From contig DVKT01000022.1 of NCBI GenBank assembly GCA_018715885.1, positions 24,119 through 88,118 on the forward strand: 64,000 nucleotides of DNA. Direction: 5' to 3'. This DNA is from Candidatus Caccoplasma intestinavium. GTDB taxonomy: Bacteria > Bacteroidota > Bacteroidia > Bacteroidales > UBA11471. Shown here piece by piece: positions 1 through 11,132 of this stretch. The translations under genes and the position numbers were made by a program. The notes beneath the pieces were generated by a model. It saw only the letters and a list, made by a program, of their open reading frames with translations. It had not been told where the DNA came from and did no database searches. Position 1 is the stretch's first letter. Every line of letters starts with the position of its first letter.

Positions 1-661
1 CGGTAGGAAAGTCGGGGGCTTTGATATACTGCATCAATTCTTCGATCGTAATTTCACGGTTATCTATATAAGCGATGATACCGTTTATCGTCTCCGTCAG
101 ATTATGTGGTGGCATATTGGTCGCCATACCCACGGCAATACCCGAAGCCCCGTTTACCAATAAATTGGGAATACGGGTTGGCAATACAACCGGCTCATCG
201 AGGGTATCGTCGAAATTCTTTTGAAAATCGACCGTTTCTTTATCGATGTCGCGCAACATCTCTTCGGTAATACGGGAAAGGCGAGCTTCGGTATAACGCA
301 TGGCTGCCGGGCTGTCCCCGTCGATAGAACCGTAGTTACCTTGCCCGTCAACGAGAGGATAACGCAACGACCAGTCCTGCCCCATACGCACCATGGCAAA
401 ATAGACCGATGAGTCTCCGTGAGGGTGATATTTACCTAAAACCTCACCTACAATTCTCGCCGATTTTTTATATGGTTTATTTGAGGTATTGCCAAGTTCA
501 TTCATACCGAAAAGCACCCGACGATGCACTGGTTTGAAACCGTCTCTGACATCGGGTAATGCCCTCGCTACAATCACCGACATCGAATAATCGATGTATG
601 ATTGCTTCATCTCTTTTTCGATATCGATTTTAAGAATTCTATCTTCTTGTTCTGTCGCCAT
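1..661 (-). CDS. gyrA: DNA gyrase subunit A, N-terminal ~220 codons (gene runs off the window start)
   Basis: Absent from the ORF track because it is open at the edge. Manual minus-strand translation from ATG 661..659 gives [51 protein letters not shown]...[12 protein letters not shown]...[12 protein letters not shown], the canonical GyrA N-terminus including the AAMRYTE catalytic-Tyr region. Confidence 0.95.
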   Translation of the reverse strand, partial: MATEQEDRILKIDIEKEMKQSYIDYSMSVIVARALPDVRDGFKPVHRRVLFGMNELGNTSNKPYKKSARIVGEVLGKYHPHGDSSVYFAMVRMGQDWSLRYPLVDGQGNYGSIDGDSPAAMRYTEARLSRITEEMLRDIDKETVDFQKNFDDTLDEPVVLPTRIPNLLVNGASGIAVGMATNMPPHNLTETINGIIAYIDNREITIEELMQYIKAPDFPT

Positions 662-959
662 GTATTAGAATTTTTATCTTTTTAAGTGATGTAAAAAACA
701 GCACTAAGATACGGCTTTCTTCCCGATTAGAAAAATTTTTCACTCATAAAAACTTTTTCCACCCCTTTGCCAGTTTTTCGTTAACAAGATTTTTCAAATA
801 AGGCATATTTTACGGCTCATGCCTCTGTCAAAACGTCAGAAAAGGACGAGCTGAAATATGTAAAACGCATCTCGGCATACAATTTGCAGGGATAATAATG
901 ATATACGCCATACGAAAGTCGTATATTTGCAAAAGTAATATATAAAGAGAACCTATTTT

Positions 960-3509
960 ATGGAAAGAAATTTTTCACAACGAGTGCGTAATGTATTGGG
1001 ATATAGCCGGGAAGAGGCAGCGCGTTTGCAAACCCCTTATATCGGCCCCGAACATTTGTTGTTAGGAATTCTAAGAGACGGTTCGGGTAAAGCCGTAGAG
1101 GCCTTGCAATACTTAGGAATAAAATCCGATCAACTGAAACATAGTGTAGAAGAAAAACTACGCATGTCCCATGATATTTCCACAATCGATAACCATCACG
1201 ACATCGTGATCAATAAAAGCACAGACAAAGTATTGAAGACCAGCCTACTTGAAGCACGTCTATTGAAAAGCGAAGTAACTGATGCCGAACATTTATTGCT
1301 AGCGATTTTGCGGGACTCCACTACATTGGCGACACAAACACTCAATGCGTTTGACGTAACATACCAGAACGTCAGCGACTATGTGCGCAAAGGGTTGTCA
1401 TACAAGCCATTCGAAGAAGATACCCATGTCTCCCCTTCTATGGGGCCTGAATTTGCAGAAGAAGATGATGACGAAATAGAAAACGGCGGGCCGTTTTCTA
1501 AGAAAAAAGAGAACAAGACGTCGACTATGCAAGCCAAAGAAAACGGCAGTAACACACCGGTGCTGGATAACTTCGGAACCGATATGACCAAAGCTGCCGA
1601 AGAAAACCGGCTCGACCCTGTTGTCGGAAGAGAGAAAGAAATCGAGCGGCTTGCTCAAATATTGAGTCGTCGTAAAAAAAACAATCCGGTTCTTATCGGA
1701 GATCCCGGTGTCGGGAAATCGGCCATTGTAGAAGGTTTGGCATTGCGTATCGTTCAAAGAAAGGTTTCAAGAGTGTTGTTCGACAAACGAGTAATATCGC
1801 TTGATATGGCTTCTATCGTTGCTGGGACAAAATATCGGGGACAATTCGAAGAACGTATCAAGGCCATACTCAACGAACTGTCGAAGAATCCGAACATCAT
1901 TCTGTTCATTGACGAAATACACACCATTGTTGGTGCCGGCGGAGCAACCGGGACTCTCGATGCCGCCAATATGCTCAAACCGGCATTAGCCCGAGGTGAA
2001 ATACAATGCGTCGGAGCAACAACTCTCGATGAGTATAGAAAAAGTATAGAAAAAGACGGGGCCCTCGAACGTCGTTTCCAGAAAATCATGGTCGAACCGA
2101 CTTCGCCCGAAGAGACCTTGCAGATATTGAAAAATATCAAGGATCGTTATGAAGATCATCACAACGTAACCTATACCCCCGAAGCTCTGGAAGCGTGTGT
2201 ATCACTAACCGAACGCTATATAAGCGACCGTAACTTCCCCGATAAAGCCATCGATGCTCTCGATGAAGCCGGATCGCGGGTGCACATCGCCCATATCGTC
2301 GTACCTCGACATATCGAAGAACTTGAAGAGCAAATCGAGGCAACAAGAAAAGAAAAAATCGAAGCCGTCAAATCTCAGAATTTCGAGCTGGCAGCCAATT
2401 TCAGAGACAAGGAGAAATCCCTGATGAACGACCTTGAAGACGAAAAGCGTCGCTGGGAAGAATCTACACAAGAACAACGGGAAGTCGTCGATGCAGAAGA
2501 AATAGCAGCGACAGTAGCCTTGATGTCGGGTGTTCCTGTGCAGCGTGTTGCAGAATCGGAGAGCAAAAAGCTCTTGGATATGGGGAATGAACTCAAAAGA
2601 GCCGTCATCGGTCAAGATACGGCAGTGGATAAAATTGTCAAAGCTATACGCCGGAACAGAGTCGGTCTGAAAGACCCCAACAGACCTATCGGTACGTTCA
2701 TGTTTTTAGGTCCTACCGGTGTAGGGAAAACCCATTTGGCGAAAAAGTTGGCCGAATACCTTTTCGACTCATCCGATGCCTTGATACGGGTAGATATGAG
2801 TGAATACATGGAAAAATTTACCGTATCGAGATTGGTCGGTGCACCTCCGGGATATGTCGGCTATGAGGAAGGCGGGCAACTTACAGAAAAAGTTCGCCGC
2901 AAACCCTATTCGGTTGTTTTGCTCGACGAGCTGGAAAAAGCCCACCCCGATGTATTCAACCTTCTTCTACAAGTTATGGACGAAGGTCATATTACCGACA
3001 GTTTAGGGCGTAAAGTCGATTTTAAAAATACGATTATCATTATGACCTCCAATATCGGAACGCGCCAGCTCAAAGATTTCGGTCGAGGTGTCGGATTCGA
3101 TACAGGCACAGTGAGTGAAAAAGATGTTTCTCGTTCGGTTATACAAAAATCGCTGAACAAAGCATTCTCTCCTGAATTTTTGAACCGTATCGACGACATC
3201 ATCACATTCGACCAATTGGATAAAGAATCGATATTCAAAATCATCGATATTGAGTTGAAAGGATTTTTCGACCGTATTTCGGCGCTCGGTTATCGTGTAG
3301 AACTCACCGACGAAGCCAAAAATTTCGTAGCAGAAAAAGGATACGATATACAATTCGGGGCACGGCCGTTGAAGAGAGCCATACAAAATTACCTCGAAGA
3401 CGAAGTTGCCGAAATAATACTCCGCACCGAAAACAAAAAAGGCGGCACAATCCGGCTCGATTATGATTCCGTGCAAAAAAAGATCATTGCCTCTTTACAA
3501 GAAGAATAA
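960..3509 (+). CDS. clpC: ATP-dependent Clp protease ATP-binding subunit ClpC-type (two AAA+ modules)
   Basis: 849 aa. Duplicated Clp_N repeat at the N-terminus ([12 protein letters not shown] / [11 protein letters not shown]). Two Walker A loops ([18 protein letters not shown]). UVR-like linker ([16 protein letters not shown]). Confidence 0.9.
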   Translation: MERNFSQRVRNVLGYSREEAARLQTPYIGPEHLLLGILRDGSGKAVEALQYLGIKSDQLKHSVEEKLRMSHDISTIDNHHDIVINKSTDKVLKTSLLEARLLKSEVTDAEHLLLAILRDSTTLATQTLNAFDVTYQNVSDYVRKGLSYKPFEEDTHVSPSMGPEFAEEDDDEIENGGPFSKKKENKTSTMQAKENGSNTPVLDNFGTDMTKAAEENRLDPVVGREKEIERLAQILSRRKKNNPVLIGDPGVGKSAIVEGLALRIVQRKVSRVLFDKRVISLDMASIVAGTKYRGQFEERIKAILNELSKNPNIILFIDEIHTIVGAGGATGTLDAANMLKPALARGEIQCVGATTLDEYRKSIEKDGALERRFQKIMVEPTSPEETLQILKNIKDRYEDHHNVTYTPEALEACVSLTERYISDRNFPDKAIDALDEAGSRVHIAHIVVPRHIEELEEQIEATRKEKIEAVKSQNFELAANFRDKEKSLMNDLEDEKRRWEESTQEQREVVDAEEIAATVALMSGVPVQRVAESESKKLLDMGNELKRAVIGQDTAVDKIVKAIRRNRVGLKDPNRPIGTFMFLGPTGVGKTHLAKKLAEYLFDSSDALIRVDMSEYMEKFTVSRLVGAPPGYVGYEEGGQLTEKVRRKPYSVVLLDELEKAHPDVFNLLLQVMDEGHITDSLGRKVDFKNTIIIMTSNIGTRQLKDFGRGVGFDTGTVSEKDVSRSVIQKSLNKAFSPEFLNRIDDIITFDQLDKESIFKIIDIELKGFFDRISALGYRVELTDEAKNFVAEKGYDIQFGARPLKRAIQNYLEDEVAEIILRTENKKGGTIRLDYDSVQKKIIASLQEE

Positions 3510-3549
3510 ATAAAAAACAACTGACAATATGCTCGGAAAACAAGTCAAA

Positions 3550-3581
3550 ATGTCAGACCCACAAGGTCTGGCATTTTTTTT
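3550..3581 (+). terminator. Rho-independent terminator after clpC
   Basis: atgtcagacc-cacaa-ggtctggcat forms a 10-bp stem with one G-T pair, followed by a T8 run. Confidence 0.7.
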
Positions 3582-3622
3582 GCCTCTTATCCGACAGAAT
3601 TTAACAACAAAAATATAAAACC

Positions 3623-5674
3623 ATGCAAAAAGGATCTATTGGGGTAACTACCGATAATATATTCCCCGTCATCAAAAAGTTCTTATACAGCGACCATGAA
3701 ATCTTTTTGAGAGAGTTGGTATCAAATGCCGTCGATGCGACACAAAAGTTGAAAACACTCGCTGCCGTCGGAGATTTCAAAGGCGAACTTGGAAACTTAA
3801 ACGTCGAAGTATCTATCGATAAAGAAGCCGGTACACTGACCGTATCGGACCACGGTATAGGCATGACAGCCGAAGAAATAGAGAAATATATCAATCAGAT
3901 TGCCTTTTCGGGTGCGGAAGAATTCCTCGAAAAATACAAAAACGACGCCAACGCCATCATCGGACACTTCGGATTGGGATTCTATTCTTCGTTCATGGTT
4001 TCAAAAAAGGTCGAAATACGTACCCGTTCTTATCGGGAAGGTGCACAGGCCGTCATGTGGAGTTGCGACGGATCTCCCGAGTATACAATGGAAAATATCG
4101 ATAAAACCGATCGGGGAACCGATATCGTATTATTCATCGATGATGAAAACAAAAACTTTCTCGAGACCTCGGAAATAGAGACTTTACTCAAAAAATATTG
4201 CAGATTCCTGCCTATTCCTGTCGTATTCGGCAAAGAACAAGAGTGGAAAGACGGCAAATACGTCGATACCGATAAAGAAAAAGTCATCAATGATACGACA
4301 CCGGCATGGACCAAGAAACCGACCGAACTCAACGATGAGGATTATCGCAAATTTTATCACGAGCTATATCCGACAATGGACGAGCCATTATTTTGGATAC
4401 ATCTCAATGTCGATTATCCGTTTAAACTGACCGGTATTCTTTATTTCCCTAAAATAAGGAGTAATTTCGATGTCAATAAAAACCGTATACAACTTTATTG
4501 CAACCAAGTATTTGTAACCGATTCGGTCGAAGGTATCGTACCCGATTTCCTCATGTTGCTGCAAGGTGTCATAGATTCACCCGACATTCCCTTGAACGTA
4601 TCCCGTTCATACTTGCAGAGCGACTCCAACGTGAAAAAAATATCGACCTATATCACCAAAAAAGTTGCCGATCGCTTGCAGGAAATATTCAATAACGATC
4701 GCAAACAATTTGAGGAAAAATGGGACGACATAAAATTATTCATCGAATACGGTATGCTCTCCGACGAGAAATTTTATGAGAAAGCTCAAAAGTTTGCGTT
4801 GTTGAAAGATACCGAAGATAAGTACTACACATTTGATGAATATAAGACGCTTATCGAAGCCGAACAAACCGATAAAGACAAAAATCTGATATATATTTAC
4901 GCTACCGACCGCATCGCTCAGTACAATTATATCGAAGCGGCTAGAAACAAAGGATATAGCATATTATTGATGGACGGACAACTCGATGTACACTTCATCG
5001 GTATGCTCGAACAGAAATTCGAGAAAAGCCGTTTTGTCCGTGTCGACAGCGATATTGTAGAAAATTTGGTACGTAAAGAAGATAAAACCGACGTCTCGCT
5101 TACACCCGCACAACGAGACATGATGACAACAATCTTTAAATCGCAAATACCAAGTGTAGAAAAAGCGGAGTTTATGGTCATGTTCGAAGCAATAGGCGAA
5201 ACGGCCCAACCCATTGTCATCACGCAAAATGAGTTTATGCGTCGTATGAAAGACATGTCGGCCATGCAGCCGGGCATGAGTTTCTACGGAGAAATGCCCG
5301 ATAGTTACAACCTTATCGTAAATACACAGCATCCGTTGGCCCAACGGGTATTATCAGAGGCAGAGACAGCTTGCAATGCCGAGATAGACCCGCTGCGTAC
5401 TCAAATAAATGCGCTGAATGACGAAATAACCAAATTGCAAGAGGCTTCCAAAGACAAAAAAAGCGATGAAATACCGGTCGAAGAGAAAGATCGTCTCAAA
5501 AATAAAGAAAACGAGGTCGCCGCTTTGCGTCAAAAAGAAAATAACATACTCAGCGACTATGCCGCCGGGAATAAGTTGGTGCGTCAATTGGTTGATTTAG
5601 CTCTTCTCTCAAACAACATGCTGAAAGGAGAAGCTCTGAGCCGTTTTGTAAAACGCTCGGTCGATTTATTATAA
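3623..5674 (+). CDS. htpG: Molecular chaperone HtpG (Hsp90 family)
   Basis: 683 aa. N-terminal GHKL ATPase signature (FLRELVSNAVDATQKL, DHGIGMT, GHFGLGFYS). Confidence 0.95.
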   Translation: MQKGSIGVTTDNIFPVIKKFLYSDHEIFLRELVSNAVDATQKLKTLAAVGDFKGELGNLNVEVSIDKEAGTLTVSDHGIGMTAEEIEKYINQIAFSGAEEFLEKYKNDANAIIGHFGLGFYSSFMVSKKVEIRTRSYREGAQAVMWSCDGSPEYTMENIDKTDRGTDIVLFIDDENKNFLETSEIETLLKKYCRFLPIPVVFGKEQEWKDGKYVDTDKEKVINDTTPAWTKKPTELNDEDYRKFYHELYPTMDEPLFWIHLNVDYPFKLTGILYFPKIRSNFDVNKNRIQLYCNQVFVTDSVEGIVPDFLMLLQGVIDSPDIPLNVSRSYLQSDSNVKKISTYITKKVADRLQEIFNNDRKQFEEKWDDIKLFIEYGMLSDEKFYEKAQKFALLKDTEDKYYTFDEYKTLIEAEQTDKDKNLIYIYATDRIAQYNYIEAARNKGYSILLMDGQLDVHFIGMLEQKFEKSRFVRVDSDIVENLVRKEDKTDVSLTPAQRDMMTTIFKSQIPSVEKAEFMVMFEAIGETAQPIVITQNEFMRRMKDMSAMQPGMSFYGEMPDSYNLIVNTQHPLAQRVLSEAETACNAEIDPLRTQINALNDEITKLQEASKDKKSDEIPVEEKDRLKNKENEVAALRQKENNILSDYAAGNKLVRQLVDLALLSNNMLKGEALSRFVKRSVDLL

Positions 5675-5693
5675 AGCTTCTACACTGTATAAG

Positions 5694-5728
5694 AAAGTCC
5701 GTTTAATACCCAATTAGGCGGACTTTTT
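5694..5728 (+). terminator. Possible terminator after htpG
   Basis: aaagtccg ... cggacttt forms an 8-bp stem with a ~17-nt loop, followed by ttttgt. The long loop lowers confidence. Confidence 0.4.
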
Positions 5729-5782
5729 GTCGTAAATAATCGAAGCGAATTATTATATTTGTAAAATCAAGAAAAGTACAAT

Positions 5783-6781
5783 ATGATAGAAGAAAGATAC
5801 AAAGCCGATACTCATCGGTACGACACGATGATTTATCGCCGTTGCGGGCACAGCGGCTTGTTGCTTCCCTCTTTGTCATTGGGACTATGGCATAACTTCG
5901 GCAGTATCGACGATTACGATACATACAGCCGCATTGCTTTGGCAGCATTCGACAACGGTATTACCCACTTCGATCTGGCCAATAATTACGGCCCTGTATA
6001 CGGATCGGCAGAAGAAAATTTCGGACGTATTTTAAAACGATCATTAGGCCGTTACCGCGATGAACTGGTTATATCTACCAAAGCCGGTTACGACATGTGG
6101 CCGGGACCATACGGAAATTGGGGAAGCCGCAAATACCTCATGGCAAGTCTTGACCAAAGCCTAAAACGCATGGGAATCGAGTATGTAGATATTTTTTACT
6201 CGCATCGACCCGACCCCGATACACCGATAGAAGAGACGATGGGTGCACTGGCCGATATGGTACGCATGGGTAAAGCCCTCTATGTCGGCATATCAAGATA
6301 TAGCCCTGAACAAACAATTAAAGCCGTCGCAGCTCTGAATGAATATAAGATACCCTGCCTCATACATCAGGTTCGTTACTCTATGTTCGACCGCACCGTA
6401 GAATCCGAGCTATTAGGCTTATTAAAAGATATGGGTATCGGCATGATTGTCTTTTCTCCTTTGGCAGAAGGATTACTCACCGATCGCTACCTGAACGGTA
6501 TTCCCGCCGATTCAAGGGCAGCCCGAGCAACCGGACATCTGAAAAAAGACTCCATCACCCCCGAAAAACTCTCTCAAATACAACAGTTGAACGATATTGC
6601 TCGGCAACGCAACCAAACTCTCGCCCAAATGTCTATTTCTTGGTTGTTACGTAACGAAACCGTTACCTCGGTTCTGATTGGAGCCAGCTCGCCCCAACAG
6701 CTCAAAGATAATCTCAAAGCCCAGGAAAACATCGGTTTTTCTGATGAAGAACTTTCTGCCATCGACAAAATTTTGAAGTAA
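5783..6781 (+). CDS. Aldo/keto reductase (YghZ / L-glyceraldehyde-3-phosphate reductase-like)
   Basis: 332 aa. AKR motifs include GITHFDLANNYG, STKAGY and YVDIFYSHRPD. A TATATTTG box lies at 5754..5761 upstream. Confidence 0.85.
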   Translation: MIEERYKADTHRYDTMIYRRCGHSGLLLPSLSLGLWHNFGSIDDYDTYSRIALAAFDNGITHFDLANNYGPVYGSAEENFGRILKRSLGRYRDELVISTKAGYDMWPGPYGNWGSRKYLMASLDQSLKRMGIEYVDIFYSHRPDPDTPIEETMGALADMVRMGKALYVGISRYSPEQTIKAVAALNEYKIPCLIHQVRYSMFDRTVESELLGLLKDMGIGMIVFSPLAEGLLTDRYLNGIPADSRAARATGHLKKDSITPEKLSQIQQLNDIARQRNQTLAQMSISWLLRNETVTSVLIGASSPQQLKDNLKAQENIGFSDEELSAIDKILK

Positions 6782-6817
6782 AAATCGAAATGAAATTGCT
6801 AATTCGATTTTCGCCAC

Positions 6818-7720
6818 ATGACAAAAAATAAATTCAATCCGATGCAATGGTTGGCTTGGATATTGCTATCCATATCATTTACGGCCAGAGCACAGACTGA
6901 AAGCGATATACAGCTGGCCATACATTCTGTCATAAATGATAAAAGAGCAACCGTTGGTATTGCCATTCTATGCGATGACGGCAATATGGTTGTCATGAAC
7001 GATGATGAACGTTATCCTGTAATGAGTGTATTCAAATTCCATGTGGTCGTAACCGCTCTAAAAAAAATGGAACAACATGGCATTCCGTTGGATAGTATGA
7101 CTCTTATCCCCCAAGAACAAATGTTATCCGACACATACAGTCCGTTAAGAGAGAAATACCCCAACCGGGATATTCCCATATCATACCGGAATATCATAAG
7201 GTACACAATGGCACATAGCGATAATAATACGTGCGATTTTTTGATAGATTTTGTAGGAGGTATAAGTGTTGTCGACTCTCTTATAAGACAGTTGGGCATA
7301 AATAAGTTTGCCTTCTCCGAAACAGAAAAAACAATGCATGAAAATATACTTAACTGTTATAATAATTGGTGTACGCCATCGTCTATGGTATTGTTTCTGA
7401 AAAAGATATATACCGAACCTATCCTAAACAATGATCATTTTCTTTTTTTAGAGCAGGTAATGATCGAAACATCTACGGGAACGAATAAAATAAAAGCCGG
7501 ATTACCGGCCGACGTTATACTGGGACATAAAACCGGTAGCTCCGATAGAACAAAATCCGGTATAAAAATAGGAGATAATGATGCCGGTATCATTTACCTG
7601 CCTCATAATAAACGATGTTATATCGCAATCTTTATAAAAGACTCGAAAGAAAACGATACCGCAAACGCAAAAATTATAGCGGATATTACCGAAAAAATAT
7701 ATGAGATGATTATTCGGTAA
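6818..7720 (+). CDS. Class A (serine) beta-lactamase, Bacteroidales CepA/CblA/CfxA-like
   Basis: 300 aa with a signal peptide. S-x-x-K (SVFK), S-D-N (HSDNN) and K-T-G (HKTGSS) motifs occur in the correct order and spacing. Confidence 0.85.
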   Translation: MTKNKFNPMQWLAWILLSISFTARAQTESDIQLAIHSVINDKRATVGIAILCDDGNMVVMNDDERYPVMSVFKFHVVVTALKKMEQHGIPLDSMTLIPQEQMLSDTYSPLREKYPNRDIPISYRNIIRYTMAHSDNNTCDFLIDFVGGISVVDSLIRQLGINKFAFSETEKTMHENILNCYNNWCTPSSMVLFLKKIYTEPILNNDHFLFLEQVMIETSTGTNKIKAGLPADVILGHKTGSSDRTKSGIKIGDNDAGIIYLPHNKRCYIAIFIKDSKENDTANAKIIADITEKIYEMIIR

Positions 7721-7754
7721 CCATCTCATATACAAAACTTCAAAAATCAAAGGA

Positions 7755-8069
7755 TTATCGCCACTCTTCGTCTATGTCCCAACGACTCTTTTTCAAATCG
7801 ACACAACCGTTTTTCTTGAAAGATACGCCTTCCGCTTCCAATAAAGAACGCTGTTCGAACCACGTCGGGACCAACCGTCCACAACTGTTTACAACCCGAT
7901 GACAAGGCAACGACAAATCTTCCGGAACATGGAACAAGGCTTGTCCCACCATGCGAGAACACAAAGGCTTCCCCATAAGATATGCAATTTGCCCGTATGT
8001 AACGACCCGTCCCTCTGGAATTTCTTTTACAATGTCATATACCTCCCGATAAAAAAGGTATCTCTCCAT
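7755..8069 (-). CDS. MGMT-family protein (methylated-DNA-protein-cysteine methyltransferase DNA-binding domain only)
   Basis: The track ORF 7755..8336 overlaps pyrD. The sensible start is the internal M (MERYLFYREVY...). PCHRVV active-site motif is present. 104 aa. Confidence 0.75.
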   Translation of the reverse strand: MERYLFYREVYDIVKEIPEGRVVTYGQIAYLMGKPLCSRMVGQALFHVPEDLSLPCHRVVNSCGRLVPTWFEQRSLLEAEGVSFKKNGCVDLKKSRWDIDEEWR

Positions 8070-8077
8070 CGATAAAT

Positions 8078-8989
8078 TCAGACCTTTAACGCGCCGATGA
8101 TTTCTTCTACTGACCGACAACCGTGTCTGTCGAGGTAATCTTCTATACCATCGACAATTTTCACCGTTATTTGCGGATCGATAAAGTTGGCGGTTCCGAC
8201 CTGAATGGCACGAGCTCCGGCCAAAAGGAATTCTATGGCATCGGTCGCATTCATAATTCCCCCTAATCCTATAATGGGGATTTTTACCGCATGAAAGACT
8301 TGCCAAACCATACGCAACGCAATCGGTTTGACGCAAGGCCCCGATAAACCTCCGGTAACAGTCGAAACGACAGGGCGTTGACTTTCGGCATCAATAGCCA
8401 TACCCAACAATGTATTGATAAGAGAGACAGAGTCAGCACCTTCGGCTTCCACGGCACGAGCGATCTCGGTTATATCGGTTACGTTGGGCGACAATTTCAC
8501 AATGAGTGTACCGGGATAAGCAGCACGTACAGCTTTTACCACCGATGCCGCACTTTTGCATGACGTACCGAAAGCCATACCGCCCTCTTTCACATTCGGG
8601 CACGAAATATTCAATTCTATCGCCGGGATCTTATCCAAAGAGGCCAAACGGCCCGCAGTCTCGGCATAATCATCGATAGTAGAACCCGAGACATTCACCA
8701 AAATCCGAGTATCAAGATCTTTTATTTGGGGATATATATGCTCTACGAAATAATCGACTCCTTTGTTCTGCAATCCTACGGCATTGATCATACCCGAAGG
8801 CGTTTCGGCCATTCGGGGATAAGGATTGCCTTCTCGGGCTTTCAACGTCGTTCCTTTGACGATAATACCGCCCAATCGGGACAGATCGATAAAATCGGCA
8901 AACTCCAAACCATATCCGAATGTTCCGGACGCAGTCATAACGGGATTTTTCAAAGACAACCGCCCTATATTTACTTTTAAATCTGCCAT
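8078..8989 (-). CDS. pyrD: Dihydroorotate dehydrogenase B, catalytic subunit (class 1B)
   Basis: 303 aa. Contains [22 protein letters not shown] and GLSGP motifs. Overlaps pyrK by 13 nt. Confidence 0.9.
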   Translation of the reverse strand: MADLKVNIGRLSLKNPVMTASGTFGYGLEFADFIDLSRLGGIIVKGTTLKAREGNPYPRMAETPSGMINAVGLQNKGVDYFVEHIYPQIKDLDTRILVNVSGSTIDDYAETAGRLASLDKIPAIELNISCPNVKEGGMAFGTSCKSAASVVKAVRAAYPGTLIVKLSPNVTDITEIARAVEAEGADSVSLINTLLGMAIDAESQRPVVSTVTGGLSGPCVKPIALRMVWQVFHAVKIPIIGLGGIMNATDAIEFLLAGARAIQVGTANFIDPQITVKIVDGIEDYLDRHGCRSVEEIIGALKV

Positions 8990-9756
8990 AACAAATTCTC
9001 TATATTAAAAACCGGACCTTCTTTACATACGCAAATATGACCCTCTGTCGTATTCTCTACACAACACAAACATGCACCTACACCGCATGCCATCATATTT
9101 TCGAGCGAAACTTCGCACTTTATTCCTTTTCCCTTGGCATAACGGGCAACAGCTACCATCATCGGTTTCGGGCCGCAAGTATAAATACGGTCGAAATGCT
9201 CTTTTTGCAATAACGAATGTTGGGTAACATATCCTTTTTCTCCGCATGATCCGTCTTCTGTCGTTACATCGACGATTCCCAAAGCCTCGAATTGTTCTTT
9301 TTGTAAAATATCACGAGACGAACGTGCACCCAACAAAAAATGAGGCACAAATCCGGCATTTCGCAAATAACTGCCCAAAAACAACATGGGTGCTGTACCT
9401 ACGCCACCACCGATCAAAAGTACTTTTTCATTTTTTTCGGGAAGAGAAAAACTATTACCCAAAGGCAAAACTGCATTCAAAACATCACCGGATTTCAGTG
9501 TCGACAGACGACGAGTTCCGTCTCCGACAAGCTGTATCAGAAACCATACTTCGTTACGCTTTACATCGACAAAATTGACAGATATCGGCCTCCGCAAAAA
9601 AGTGGTGGGCGAGCCGTCTACACGTAACTCGGCAAACTGACCCGGCAACATTTCGGGAAGTTTGGACCCGTCGGGAGAGGTCGCTTTTAAAAGCACATAG
9701 TGGGTATGCAGAGCGAGATTCTCAGTTACCCGCAGATCTAAAACATATTTTTTCAT
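8977..9756 (-). CDS. pyrK: Dihydroorotate dehydrogenase electron-transfer subunit (FAD/2Fe-2S)
   Basis: 259 aa. RPISV flavin motif, [12 protein letters not shown]-binding-type loop, and a C-terminal Cys cluster ([11 protein letters not shown]). Confidence 0.85.
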   Translation of the reverse strand: MKKYVLDLRVTENLALHTHYVLLKATSPDGSKLPEMLPGQFAELRVDGSPTTFLRRPISVNFVDVKRNEVWFLIQLVGDGTRRLSTLKSGDVLNAVLPLGNSFSLPEKNEKVLLIGGGVGTAPMLFLGSYLRNAGFVPHFLLGARSSRDILQKEQFEALGIVDVTTEDGSCGEKGYVTQHSLLQKEHFDRIYTCGPKPMMVAVARYAKGKGIKCEVSLENMMACGVGACLCCVENTTEGHICVCKEGPVFNIENLLWQI

Positions 9757-9890
9757 CGTATTTTCTATTTAACGGCAAAGATAGTGTATGTCGGAAGCCT
9801 AAAAAAGAAAAAAGCCCTTTTATTTCGTCCGATGTACACCTTATTCTGTCGGCTGTTTTGATATGTAAGAAAATAGAAACAGTTTCTGCA

Positions 9891-10397
9891 TCACGTTTTA
9901 TCGAGGGAATATGTCTCGAAAGTATTGTCGGAATAAAATACCATGATCTTAACGATTCGACGAGACTCCGCCTCTGATTTCACCGTAGAAGGTGCCATCG
10001 GATTTCTTATTGCATTATCCTTATTTTCAGAAAATAAAGTAGGGGATTGTAATAGCTCAGTAGGTAAATCCGTGGAATATTCGGGAGGAATACCACCATC
10101 GGTTTGTTTCACGTTATTCTCGGGAGAATAAATTCGGTCTAATGCCGCTTGTTGGTTCGATTTAAACGGACTCCCTTCTCCGAACATTAGCCACTCGATG
10201 GTTACCAAAGGATAGGCATCATGTATTTTCAAAATAAGTTCTTTACTGACCCCATTAGGACCATTGAGACATTGCGACAATGTAGAGCGATTGGTCTGTA
10301 TTTTTTGAGCAAAAGCCGCGTCATTGATTCTATAATATTGAATCAGCCACTTTATTCGTTCTTTCAAATCTCTGTCTTTCTGTTCCGATTCTGCCAT
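9891..10397 (-). CDS. Helix-turn-helix (XRE/Cro-like) domain protein
   Basis: NDAAFAQKIQTNRSTLSQCLNG..VSKELILKI is an HTH pattern. Start set at MAESEQ (10397) because a good promoter sits at 10445..10475, inside the longer track ORF. Confidence 0.6.
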   Translation of the reverse strand: MAESEQKDRDLKERIKWLIQYYRINDAAFAQKIQTNRSTLSQCLNGPNGVSKELILKIHDAYPLVTIEWLMFGEGSPFKSNQQAALDRIYSPENNVKQTDGGIPPEYSTDLPTELLQSPTLFSENKDNAIRNPMAPSTVKSEAESRRIVKIMVFYSDNTFETYSLDKT

Positions 10398-10444
10398 AAT
10401 CAAACATTCATAAAAATAAACTACACGAAATTTTTCGATGTTCA

Positions 10445-10475
10445 CAAAGATAGGCAAATTAGTTCACGAAACAAA
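10445..10475 (-). promoter_or_regulatory. Bacteroides-type promoter (TTTG-N19-TATCTTTG) for the HTH gene
   Basis: On the minus strand, TTTG lies at 10475..10472, followed by a 19-nt spacer and TATCTTTG at 10452..10445. This is 48 nt upstream of ATG 10397. Confidence 0.45.
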
Positions 10476-11132
10476 ATTCACCACCTAAAACAAATGTTTG
10501 TATTTGTGTATTCATTATCATAAACATCATCAAGAATATATTATCCAAACACTTCAATATACCTAATTATATAACACATAATCAAGTAATTGATTATACA
10601 AAGATAGATATAAGAATGATGAAATAAATGATTTAAGAGTTATCGAACAGTAACACCAATACGTTTGTTGAATAATAACTTTATTATATATAAATAATTA
10701 ACTGATAATAAATAATATATTTACACAATACAGCATTAAATAGCCATGCATTCAAGATTCTTTTGGAGTTTATTTTTCTGTTCATAGAAGATGTTTGTAC
10801 TTATGTACTTTTGCGGATAACAAACAAATATGTCTTTAAATCAAGTATATTAATTCAAAATAATGTATACAAGTAAATTGATTTGTGTTCATTATTATGA
10901 ATAAAAAATCGACAACTATTCTACATTACAATATTTGCGGAGCATAAGTCAATAAAAAAGATACAGGCAAAGGATTTTGAGTCAAAACGACAGAAATATG
11001 AGTACAAACAATTATTAATCAATGCAATAAATCGATAATGATATTGATAAACCCTATTTGACAGAAAAATTTTTCGGGACTATTTCCTAAAATTTTATTT
11101 TTTCGGCATCGACCGACCCATATCATAAAAAA

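Noticed and set aside
7755-8336. 193-aa track ORF suggesting a longer MGMT-family protein
   Set aside because: Its N-terminal 89 codons overlap the 3' end of pyrD in another frame and are Arg/Cys-rich nonsense. The internal start at 8069 gives a typical ~104-aa MGMT-domain protein.
10530-10830. DnaA-box-like 9-mers in the AT-rich spacer (TTATCCAAA at about 10540; TTATCCGCA on the minus strand at about 10812), raising an oriC idea
   Set aside because: There are only two imperfect boxes in ~650 bp of AT-rich DNA and no dnaA/dnaN nearby. This is compatible with chance. It would need GC-skew and box-cluster analysis that I cannot run.
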